NCBI GenBank assembly: GCA_965644295.1
Contig: CBFFRP010000146.1
Coordinates: forward strand, 310,001 to 374,000
Source: Paraphysomonas bandaiensis
Lineage: Eukaryota > Protista > Chrysophyceae
Direction of reading: 5' to 3'
DNA: 64,000 bases
Part shown: in pieces, positions 53,801 to 62,323 of the stretch
Layout of the letters: each line of letters begins with the position of its first letter
Numbering within the stretch: the stretch's first letter is position 1
Notes under the pieces: generated by a model
What the model was told of the DNA's origin: nothing
The model's input: only the letters and a program-made list of their open reading frames with translations
The model's database searches: none
Translations under genes and position numbers: made by a program

Positions 53801-54345
53801 TGTATCGGGATCACCAAGATACGAATTCCATACAAACAATACGGAACAAGCTCGTGCATGCCCAAACGGCTCTTGGTATCCCGAACAAGACAACATACAC
53901 TACGGCAGAGGATATCACCCATTGGCTTTCAGTACGTGAGGTCCATATGCTTGCCGCCACTATCCTACCATGTACGACATGGGCACAAAATGGTAATACT
54001 CTAAGCATAGTGGGACTACCTACAGACGCACACACATACAATATCACATGGAAGATGGAGGAACTAAGAGACGCTGTCACAGACTCTTATCCACATGTTA
54101 TACTGGAGGATGCGCATTACTTTCTACTGGACCCCACAGGACTTGCCACGGCCCTTGACAACGCACTGCTCGCTCTTGAAAGTAGACTCGCAACCAGTCT
54201 CCTACCGACGGACAGCACCATATATAATAATGTACCCGCCACAAACAAAGCTGTCAAGGTACGGCAAAGGACAACACAGAACCTCCTTGTCAGTAGACCT
54301 AGAAAAAGAGAACAACGAACAGCGGAGCCCCCGGACCCCACATAG
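50806..54345 (+). CDS. LINE ORF2 with three OTU-like cysteine-protease modules (first ATG 50932)
   Basis: PMAGFCGLAAI..KWG..EDHFF, KGSTCSAL (degenerate), and IPSDGYCAYSTL..HWL..DAHYF match the OTU pattern D-x-x-C...W...H-[YF]. Confidence 0.8.
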   Translation, partial: LLLDWDTLEANSTTQIFSLQEAPKWSPPSPHLLNPQHVLTFDMKHTPLDYHLRPPRKPPDKFLRSSSSVHTTRWHHGPEYSSDSSGDGPRKRPASAQYKRNKLRRQSCTRKLQQYRDGTIPCLPPHIQRRQTRSALRMSQFNKLIWKEHLRHKSQKSEAPPHQPDTTRPARDDMTTNQRPSPHDIVPPQSTSLEKSTPQACAVMSSTDHSDSPLCSHEIATSYNPSTSTSTPQDGSGITQQMYSAEPIETPPVFIPHPVPAAFLDSTLQEWTFYSPSGLLAIALQEEMVSSVTQLLQLGHDTPAIHSHVRRSLEEGKMIVARHYAYSEYNNTPMAGFCGLAAIASIHYKSSNDKLYPYLDPDVPDSKDKLLQVIQTSREVLNSYTTEEAKKLNIVAICKELKQLLTTYHRALRRKKPTAIGIPTEKWGHTDTIAFLAETLNIRLRVWQEEPEVLGHNWAYWSTFHSAFIPKTQERPFHEVFCSEDHFFLDTKLPVKLELHTLLDRLPELVCGRILQALPQQSNEAQWHHQNQVGTHPSHNCQGKAYSSDNSGDGPIHHPKNKVPKHAKEIVPPRALLTDYFPVKWRSLAPTSPSLNSGDPPAPDIADSAHTSSPPGPILHAMGQDFMPFHSTVLNNWVEYDDFHTIAVAPQPELVQEIHSQMLTPTRIANWDSFIDKFSRADNYIFMTTFPKCEHTKGSTCSALQIAQQLQTSIKSNVESPHDISKHIRALCLTRGAPLSSTKSLRMRLQQFEHSQRNQPDSELDMDVQDFQIILDLLSIPYRLWEADQPHLVSGWAQLTPFFRHSLTRNLTTEDVTTHDIVQSQHGFHVLATTGTTSIPGIQYRLNTALARTKQRISNLLQHLRTRQEGVRIEDPPDPRHLQIDTISTQAEILDVSLSARVRRHLAQRSPKDHNHLRQLMCAMGRVYCLTLRPSAVRTLQQIPSDGYCAYSTLHYIHVLAAKERQTRSCSKLDLRHHRDRLTLASFLTNLRHTALHALYRDHQDTNSIQTIRNKLVHAQTALGIPNKTTYTTAEDITHWLSVREVHMLAATILPCTTWAQNGNTLSIVGLPTDAHTYNITWKMEELRDAVTDSYPHVILEDAHYFLLDPTGLATALDNALLALESRLATSLLPTDSTIYNNVPATNKAVKVRQRTTQNLLVSRPRKREQRTAEPPDPT

Positions 54346-57300
54346 TCACTAAGAAGAACCAAGGGAGACCACAAACTTGTCAAGCATCAGCCAGCCGATG
54401 CCAGCCAGCCCGCAAGGCAAAAAAGGACGTCAATTACAGTGACAGTGATCCACAGACGGAACATCCCACTGACCAAAGTACCATCAACACCCCGTCCACC
54501 AGACCACTTCCACAACTCCAAACTGCTGATTGGGACAGGGACTGGCGAAATAAATTTTACATCGCGTACTCCGAAAAAGAAGTCAAAGGCCTATCCCTAT
54601 ATGCGAAGAAAAATTTAGAAGCTGACACCATTATAGCTGAGTACAAAGGTGACCGCATTCCGACTGTCGAGACGCGCACGCTCACACGCCGCTCAGACTT
54701 TATAGTACAAGACAGCACGGGCTCCTTTGCCATTGACGGATACAACCATGACCGTCAGCAAGTAACATGTGCAGCGGGGTACATCAATGATCCTCTTGAC
54801 ACAGATATGGCGAATGTAAAGTTCCTCACGAAAAACAAACGCATATATATATGTACGTTACGTCCCATTAGTAAGGACGAAGAAATCCTCATTAACTATG
54901 GACATGAGTACTGGTGTCATCCACGTTGGCCACTAGAGATCCTTATTCAAGCCAGAGAGGGCTATGCGAGAGACATCCGAGGACTATCCAACGATGCATG
55001 GGATAGGATTATCGCTGACAAAAGAGGTTCAACCAACGAACAGCAGGGCAACACACCTACAGACACAGGACTCCGACTCTCCACTTGGAACACCAATGGA
55101 AACCCAGCATCGTTCAGAAGCAAACTAAAGGCCATTATCCGACATTTCAACAAGCAACAGTTAGACATACTACTGCTGCAGGATGTGAGACTAACATGTA
55201 CTCAAGCCCGCTTCTTCGCGCAGACCGTTGAGGACGCCATTCAAGGATCTAGGGTATGCTTATTTCTCAACAAGACCTACAAGGTCACTAACCGTGACCC
55301 ACTCATGGGGGGGACCGCAGCCATTGTGAGTGAGAGATGGAAACGCCGCCTAGCTTCTACCAAAGCGGACTTCACTGGCCTTGGTCTAGTCGGGAGACTG
55401 GAATTCAAAACCTCCCCTACACAAACCCTGGTGATAATAAGCGTTTACTTACCACCTAAACCATCCACCCCTGGTTCGTGTACCTTATGGAGCAAACTGA
55501 CCACGATAGGGAAAGCGACCCGCAACACTAAACCGGTTGCCCCATATGATCTCCTCTGCAACATCATCACTAAATGGGTTACCAAGGCCCGGGCCAGAGG
55601 TCACACGGTAATCATTGCAGGCGACTTTAACGGATCCATGGAAACGCACACCACGAATAGAGATATACGCCCACTAGCCGGTAAACTCCAGCTGTCGGCG
55701 CCACTAATCACACAATTACTCCAACGGCAAGCTTTTCACACATTCCACAGATTGGACAAGGGAATCTCGCGTATCGATCACATACTACATACGCCACTTC
55801 CACAGCATATGCGAATCACTGACACCGGATGCCTCAATTCCCCCACCTTAATTGCAGCAGCGTTTGACCATAGGCCGGTTTGGGTTGGATTCAATATTAC
55901 TGTAACACAAGATATCTCTTCCCCAGAGTCACACTTAAAAATACCTCCTCGCCTAAACATCAACCCAAGGGATCCTGAGGAGGTAAAAGCGTACACTGCC
56001 AAACTTCTCATGCTACACGCCCAACTGCCCCCTATAGACACGAACCTCAGCCCAACACTAGACCCAGAGACTGCAGCCACCCGACTAGCGGCGATACATC
56101 ACATCACCTTGCAGGCAACGCTTACAGCAAAGGGTCCCCGCTACAGCCGTCGCACGAGGCTCCATGACCGGTGTCAGCGAATTCGTTCACATTTTAAAGA
56201 TGGTTTCTCCCCGGAAATGAGGGTAATTCAAGAAGGGATGGTTATGGTAATAAAGATAGTTCAGAAAATGTTTAACTCAGCTGGATATAAAAGACACGGA
56301 TGGCGTGGATCCCCATTACGCAATCCGATCCACGCGCTCATCACCGCCTGGCAGGAGCGCGGGAACTCGTACCTCCAAAACTCCACGGGACCTGCGAAAG
56401 GAATAGCCGACATCAACTTCAGGAATGATTACCGATCAGCAGACCCCAGAGCCATTCTGAGCTGGACTGCCAAACAAGTCACCAAGAAGAACCTTCTACA
56501 CATTGTGATTCGAATGCGAGGACTCTTGCACGGACGAGACAGGACGGAGATGCGCAAGAGGCTCACAGACCGTACAAACCAAATGGAAGCACTACTAGAA
56601 CAGAGAAGACTACAAGCAGTACTGCAGAAGATAGGACTTAAAATCAAAACGCCACTTCGACTAACGACAGTGAGAACTACTGACGGGACACTTCTCACTA
56701 CCCCGCAAGACATCCACGAAGGAATCAACAAACACTTTCGAGACCACCACGCGGAACCTGCAGGACTGGACCCAGTCGCACAAAGACTACAGGACGACCC
56801 CAACTGGTGGAAAACCCTCCTTGACCCTCAATCGGTGACTTCCCAGGAGCCCCTCCATCCGTGCTCGAACATACCCCTTACCCTACAACACGGACTACGA
56901 CGTGCACTATGCACTAAAGTTAAACCAGAAATGGCGGACCTACTCGGAAAGGCTTTAGAGAAGGACATCACGCACGAAGAATTCTACTCCACCCTACATT
57001 CCATATCCTTCAACCGGGCTCCCGGACCCTCCATGGTCTCATCCAACATGGTCAAATCCTGGCCTCCAGCCATACAACAGGAAGCATTCACCCTTATCAA
57101 GTCGCTCTGGAAGCACAAACACGTGCCTACTTGGTGGAGAGACAGAGTAATGACCCCCATACTCAAGAAACCAGGAGAACCCTCTTTTTCCAACCTTCGA
57201 CCGATCGGTCTGCTCGAAATATCACGGAAAATTCTGACAAGAATAATCTCCCACAGGATACTCACAGTCTGGGAGGAACAGCAGATCCTACACCCGTCCC

Positions 57301-60300
57301 AACATGGATATCGCTGGAGAAATGGCACAGACACGGCCATTTTAAGGGTTCTAGCGGCCTCAGAGGCAGCCAGACGTCACAATGCCCAACACATCTGCAC
57401 GCTCTGGGACTTCAAAAAAGCATTCGACTCCATAACACCTAATCTAATGAAACTAGCATGGGCTCGGCTAGGTGTCCCCGATGCTGTGGTTGAATGGTTT
57501 GGAGAATTAGACGCTGGGGGTCTCACATTCCCATGGACGCCGTTCATGGCGAACAACATGGAGCCACGCTCGTTGGCAGAACTTCTAGCTACCGACGGAC
57601 ACTTCCTTGCACAGTTCGTACTCGGATTTGAGGCCGTGAGAGGAATCACACAGGGGGGAACCGAATCCACTTGTGCCTGGGTGGCGCTACACGATATCCT
57701 TCTTACATGGTTAGACCTAGATCTTAGAGCAATCTGTCTTACACCATCACCACTCCTACTGACCCCGAACTCAAAGAAAAAAGTCTCCTTCGCGGATGAC
57801 ATCACCACCATAGATGTGTCTATCACTCAAGCCCAGGAAACGGCGATACGAATGTCGGCGTTCTGCAGCTTCTCGGGAATGGAACTCTCGGTACCTAAGG
57901 TTATCTGCACTTTTTTCCCTCACCTACGGGAAAATCTAGCCCAGGTCAAACAAACCGGACACATTACCTTATATGACTGGTATTGGAGACCCCAACCTGT
58001 ACCAATACAAACGACTCATGAATCGATACACTATTTGGGGGCTGACCTACCACTAACACCTACAGACACGGACTCATACAATTGGTGTACAAACTACCTA
58101 AAGGCAGCGGGCACACACCTTGGGATCAGGCACGCCTCAGCGGGTTGCAAAGTCATGGTTATAGAGACCCAAATCATACCCACTCTACTTTACAAGGCCA
58201 CCAAGGCTTCTTGGCCCCTGCAATATTACAAGAACATCGATTCAACTTGCGCAAACCTTTACAGGAAAGCACTAAGCCTGAGTCCTGGTTACCCCACGGA
58301 AATGATCTACCTCTCTCTCAGGCATAATGGACTTGGAATGAAACGCTTCTCAGACTCCGCTCAAGAACAAAAATGGGGCTCCCTACAGCGCGCCATAATC
58401 CTAGGCGGTGATGCCGGTGACGCAGCGCACTTTCTCCTAACACAGACTATCGCGCCGTACCCAAACTACCACCACTTTGCCTTAAGTCTGCGGGAATGGG
58501 GTACGGAGGTTGGCCTTACTCTCCAACAACCCGACAGTCCGGAACCTCAAGATACCAACACCCTGACCAACATTATCCGCACATTAGAACTGGATGATGT
58601 AACCGCGGATACATATCAGGCAATCTTCACCGACGGCTCATACACGCCTACAGCCCTATCCCCGCGCCGCATTACGCATGTAAACCCACGTACAAGATGG
58701 GCACATTATGGAGGAGCGGCGGCAGTCTGGCTCCCCCCGGAGGATGAATGGAAGAACGGTACAACAAAAATACTGCGATTAGAGACACCCTTCAGCGACG
58801 TGCCTGGACTTGGCCCGTATGCATACGAGCTCATGGGAGCAGCAATGGCGCTTATACTGTCTGCGCGACTCCCATCACACATACCGATAAATACGGACTG
58901 TAAGGCCGTCTGCATACGCACACACGAAGCACTCTCCGCCAGACGTCGGGCACTGGGGCATCGTGCCAAAGGTGTACTGCTCGAAAGCATCGCAGCAAAT
59001 AACGATTGCACAAGGACAGTAGCCTGGGTCCGATCACACCCCGAACGACGCACCTCTGATGAGTCTGAATGGACATATGAAGACAAAGGAATTTACATTG
59101 CCGACGCAGTAGCAGGAGGGGACTGGCTTGAGGTAGATCGACTACTCGGACGACAAAATTACACTGTCTGTAACATGGAAGTGGACCAAGCCATCGAGAG
59201 AATACTCACCGAGGGTTTATGGCACTGGCGCCTAACTGGGGAACGACGGCCGTATCGCACTAGCCCCCTGCTCACGGATTTCCAATCCCTCCGTAATCAA
59301 CGGACGCTGGAGGCATATACAGCTCTCCGAGACCAACGCTACGGTCACAATCCCGACCGGGCTCCTGGATACTGGAAAGACAGCGGAGCACTACTTCCGC
59401 GCAAACTGGCGCAAGCAGATGGTGGACCATCAAAGGACAAAGTGAGCTCCCACCTGCGCCAAAGAGTACTAAATGCAGCACTGACATGGGACAAATCCTT
59501 CAGCATAGGAAGAAACCGGGCGAAAACCAAACACGGACTCGACATGGCTAAAGCCGTATGCTCTGACTGCGGATTTAGACTAGACTCACTCAAGCATATG
59601 TGTCTAGACTGCACAAACGACACCATAACGCAGATAAGGGAGTCTGCATTTCACAGCCACAAAAACGCGCTCCTAGAAGAAATGAGTAATCCGGAATTAC
59701 CCCAATGGACCACCCCTGTACTCCAGCGACTCTCCAGCAGGGCCTGGAACCCTTCCGTGCCACAGGTGGAGAGATTCTGGACGGGTACCATCACAATGAC
59801 ACAACTTGAAATGGTTTTTGGAGATCACATCCATGAATCACTGACATCCCAAGGACTGCGCAGCATCGAATCAGCGATCATCAAATTACTGCTACCGCTG
59901 TTCGCTGCAGCAAAGCTCATGATCCAAGATCGCGGAAGAAGATACGTGACCCTACGGAAAGGCCCCCCAAGGCTACTACCGCGGCCGAGTCCAAACCACA
60001 GACAGAAACGGAAACGCCCAAGGGTGCTAAGATTACTAGGAATCCACAGACGAACCGAGACTGGAACACCGCCCACCGTACCTCTGAACCCTACCAACCA
60101 CACACAGAGGACCATAGCAGCGGACCGTATGAAACCAACAGACCCTAGACAAAGGCGACGACGTCTCCGGCAACTCCACCTATGCCCAACGCCCAAACGG
60201 TGCATGGCGACACCGCCACATTCCACCACACCAACAACCTCTCAGTCCACACATCTAGTGCTCGGTACACTCAGGACCTTAATACAGAACCCGGTACCTC

Positions 60301-60356
60301 AGAGTCAGGCGGAACCGTATCCCAAGGGGAGACCCCCGGACAACACGCGCCAGTGA
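54303..60356 (+). CDS. LINE ORF3 (pol): SET domain + APE endonuclease + reverse transcriptase + RNase H + CCHC knuckle
   Basis: The frame is open from 54303. SET: KGLSLYAKKNL..DTIIAEYKGD..IDG..AGYINDP..N..I.KDEEILINYG.EYW. APE: TWNTNG, LLQD, AGDFN, RIDH, DH. RT: LRPIGL, DFKKAFDS, GITQG, FADD. RNH: TDGS, YEL, TDC, WVRSH, AD. Knuckle: CSDC-x8-H-x4-C. Confidence 0.95.
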   Translation, partial: KKRTTNSGAPGPHIVTKKNQGRPQTCQASASRCQPARKAKKDVNYSDSDPQTEHPTDQSTINTPSTRPLPQLQTADWDRDWRNKFYIAYSEKEVKGLSLYAKKNLEADTIIAEYKGDRIPTVETRTLTRRSDFIVQDSTGSFAIDGYNHDRQQVTCAAGYINDPLDTDMANVKFLTKNKRIYICTLRPISKDEEILINYGHEYWCHPRWPLEILIQAREGYARDIRGLSNDAWDRIIADKRGSTNEQQGNTPTDTGLRLSTWNTNGNPASFRSKLKAIIRHFNKQQLDILLLQDVRLTCTQARFFAQTVEDAIQGSRVCLFLNKTYKVTNRDPLMGGTAAIVSERWKRRLASTKADFTGLGLVGRLEFKTSPTQTLVIISVYLPPKPSTPGSCTLWSKLTTIGKATRNTKPVAPYDLLCNIITKWVTKARARGHTVIIAGDFNGSMETHTTNRDIRPLAGKLQLSAPLITQLLQRQAFHTFHRLDKGISRIDHILHTPLPQHMRITDTGCLNSPTLIAAAFDHRPVWVGFNITVTQDISSPESHLKIPPRLNINPRDPEEVKAYTAKLLMLHAQLPPIDTNLSPTLDPETAATRLAAIHHITLQATLTAKGPRYSRRTRLHDRCQRIRSHFKDGFSPEMRVIQEGMVMVIKIVQKMFNSAGYKRHGWRGSPLRNPIHALITAWQERGNSYLQNSTGPAKGIADINFRNDYRSADPRAILSWTAKQVTKKNLLHIVIRMRGLLHGRDRTEMRKRLTDRTNQMEALLEQRRLQAVLQKIGLKIKTPLRLTTVRTTDGTLLTTPQDIHEGINKHFRDHHAEPAGLDPVAQRLQDDPNWWKTLLDPQSVTSQEPLHPCSNIPLTLQHGLRRALCTKVKPEMADLLGKALEKDITHEEFYSTLHSISFNRAPGPSMVSSNMVKSWPPAIQQEAFTLIKSLWKHKHVPTWWRDRVMTPILKKPGEPSFSNLRPIGLLEISRKILTRIISHRILTVWEEQQILHPSQHGYRWRNGTDTAILRVLAASEAARRHNAQHICTLWDFKKAFDSITPNLMKLAWARLGVPDAVVEWFGELDAGGLTFPWTPFMANNMEPRSLAELLATDGHFLAQFVLGFEAVRGITQGGTESTCAWVALHDILLTWLDLDLRAICLTPSPLLLTPNSKKKVSFADDITTIDVSITQAQETAIRMSAFCSFSGMELSVPKVICTFFPHLRENLAQVKQTGHITLYDWYWRPQPVPIQTTHESIHYLGADLPLTPTDTDSYNWCTNYLKAAGTHLGIRHASAGCKVMVIETQIIPTLLYKATKASWPLQYYKNIDSTCANLYRKALSLSPGYPTEMIYLSLRHNGLGMKRFSDSAQEQKWGSLQRAIILGGDAGDAAHFLLTQTIAPYPNYHHFALSLREWGTEVGLTLQQPDSPEPQDTNTLTNIIRTLELDDVTADTYQAIFTDGSYTPTALSPRRITHVNPRTRWAHYGGAAAVWLPPEDEWKNGTTKILRLETPFSDVPGLGPYAYELMGAAMALILSARLPSHIPINTDCKAVCIRTHEALSARRRALGHRAKGVLLESIAANNDCTRTVAWVRSHPERRTSDESEWTYEDKGIYIADAVAGGDWLEVDRLLGRQNYTVCNMEVDQAIERILTEGLWHWRLTGERRPYRTSPLLTDFQSLRNQRTLEAYTALRDQRYGHNPDRAPGYWKDSGALLPRKLAQADGGPSKDKVSSHLRQRVLNAALTWDKSFSIGRNRAKTKHGLDMAKAVCSDCGFRLDSLKHMCLDCTNDTITQIRESAFHSHKNALLEEMSNPELPQWTTPVLQRLSSRAWNPSVPQVERFWTGTITMTQLEMVFGDHIHESLTSQGLRSIESAIIKLLLPLFAAAKLMIQDRGRRYVTLRKGPPRLLPRPSPNHRQKRKRPRVLRLLGIHRRTETGTPPTVPLNPTNHTQRTIAADRMKPTDPRQRRRRLRQLHLCPTPKRCMATPPHSTTPTTSQSTHLVLGTLRTLIQNPVPQSQAEPYPKGRPPDNTRQ

Positions 60357-60945
60357 GTCCTCAGACACACGAGCAGGGCGAACTCACACACAACATCAAG
60401 AACGGAAGTGGTTGCACCTTGGTGCTTGCGGCGACGCACAAGCAGCTTCTGTAGCGTTAAATAGTAGGATAATAGAATTTGCGCTGATTAGTTATGGGTA
60501 GAGGTCTAACTAGTAGACTAGTATTCAACTAGCCGCTAAATCGGAACGGGTTTTTAACGCCTATTGCTAAATAAAAAAAGACATTCAATATACATTCAAT
60601 ATACTAGTGTCCCTTGTACGACACAAGCATTTGGCTATGAGTGGGCAATACAGTATCTGTCGACTGTATACTATATATAGTATGTAATCATGTGTTGTAT
60701 GTGTATAATATATAGTTACGTTGATGTGAGATTTTCATAAGTATTATTACAGTAGATTTATATAAAAAGTAACTATATAATTCAATATTTTAGTAAAATA
60801 TTTTTAATATAAATAGAATTGAAAGTACACAACAACTAAATTGTAATTAATTAACCCTAGTCTTCAAGTAAGTACGTATATGACACTTTTCCATATATGA
60901 AACCTGGTGAAATCACTTTACCAGGCTTCACGATCACACCGACTT

Positions 60946-61094
60946 CAAGCATTTGGCTATGAGTGGGCAAAAAAGTATCTGTTGACTATATATAATATAT
61001 ATATATGACTCACGTTAGTTTCCCGGACAAATATCTCCGGTACTTATCCCCATGAACATCACAAAAAGGTACGAGTCCAACTTTGTTGAGGGTG
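60946..61094 (-). mobile_element. Repeat S 5' fragment
   Basis: atttggctatgagtgggc...cacgttagtttccc...ctttgttgagggtg. Confidence 0.8.
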
Positions 61095-61109
61095 AAGTAA
61101 ACCGCATAT

Positions 61110-61460
61110 ATATATATAGTATATAGTCAACAGATACTGTTTTGCCCACTCATAGCCAAATGCTTGTGTCGTACAAGGGACACTAGTAAGTAGTAAGTGT
61201 CACTTGTGTAGACGTCTTTGAGTCTTGACACTAATAACAGGCATCCGGAAATGAACCCACGTCAAGGGCATCCGGGATATCGGGCTGCCTGTTGAGTAAA
61301 TAAACGTCCAGTTAACTTAGTAAATCATCCAATTGTGTCAATTGTGTCAAAACTTGACACTGCCTACTGAAGTCAAGCATCCGGGCTGTTCACCTTAATC
61401 AACATTCTGCTTGTTCACTGCGTTTGCTTTGAGTAATAGAGCGAAAGTGGTTGCACCTAG
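61110..61460 (+). repeat. Inverted, uninterrupted copy of the LINE's target locus (repeat S)
   Basis: 61177-61460 is the exact reverse complement of 47969-48252. 61110-61188 matches 60602-60680 with a few mismatches. Confidence 0.92.
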
Positions 61461-62323
61461 CGGCTCTCCAGTAGGGCCTGGAACCCTTCCGTGCCACAGG
61501 TGGAGAGATTCTGGACGGGTACCATCACAACTACACAGCTTGAAATGGTTTTTGGAGATCACATCCATGAGTCACTGACATCCCAAGGACTGCGCAGCAT
61601 CGAATCAGCGATCATCAGATTACTTCTACCGCTTTTCGCTGCAGCAAAGCTAATGATCCAAGATCGAAGTAGAAGATACGTTATCCTACAGAAAGGTCCC
61701 CCAAGGCTACTACCGCGGCCGCGTCCAAAACACAGACAGAAATGGAAACGCCCAAGGGTGCTAAGATTACTAGGAATCCACAGATGAACCGAGACTGGAA
61801 CACCGCCCACCGCACATATGAACCCTACCAATCATACGCAAAGGACCATAGCACCGGACCGTATGAAACCAACAGGCCCTAGACAACGACGACGACGTCT
61901 CCGGCAACTCCACCTATGCCCAACGCCCAGACGGTGCACGGCGACACCGCCACATTCCACCACACCATTAACCTCTCAGCACACACATCTAGTACTCGGT
62001 ACACTCAGGACCTTAATACAGAACCCTGTACCTCAGAGCCAGGCGGAACCTTATCCTAAGGGGAGACCCCCGGACAACACGCGCCAGTGAGTCCTCAGAC
62101 ACACGAGCAGGGTGAACTCACACACAACATCAAGAACGGAAGTGGTTGCACCTTGGTGCTTGCGGCGACGCACAAGCAGCTTCTGTAGCGCTAAATAGTA
62201 GGATAATAGAATTTGTGCTGACTAGTTATGGGTAGAGGACTAACTAGTAGATCTAGCATTCAACTAGCCACTGTATCGGAACGAGTTTTTAACGCCTATT
62301 GCTAAATAAAAAGACCTTCAATA
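61461..62323 (+). mobile_element. 5'-truncated, diverged copy of the LINE (last ~860 bp)
   Basis: Aligns to 59727-60590 with scattered substitutions, including CGA>TGA at 61785. Ends in ...gaccttcaata. Confidence 0.95.

Larger units (their letters stand above)
48253..60601 (+). mobile_element. Full-length non-LTR retrotransposon (12,349 bp): ORF1 / 3xOTU ORF / SET-APE-RT-RNaseH-CCHC ORF
   Basis: TSD TACTAGTGTCCC at 48241-48252 and 60602-60613. AATAAA at 60570 followed by an (ACATTCAATAT)2 tail. Intronless, C/A-rich and more GC-rich than the host. Domain motifs are listed under the ORFs. Confidence 0.96.

Noticed and set aside
47969-61460. 284-bp inverted repeats as TIRs of a DNA transposon or DIRS element enclosing the RT
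   Set aside because: No transposase or tyrosine recombinase is present. The APE domain, TSD, AATAAA plus repeat tail and 5'-truncated copies show a non-LTR element, and the repeats are repeat-S sequence.
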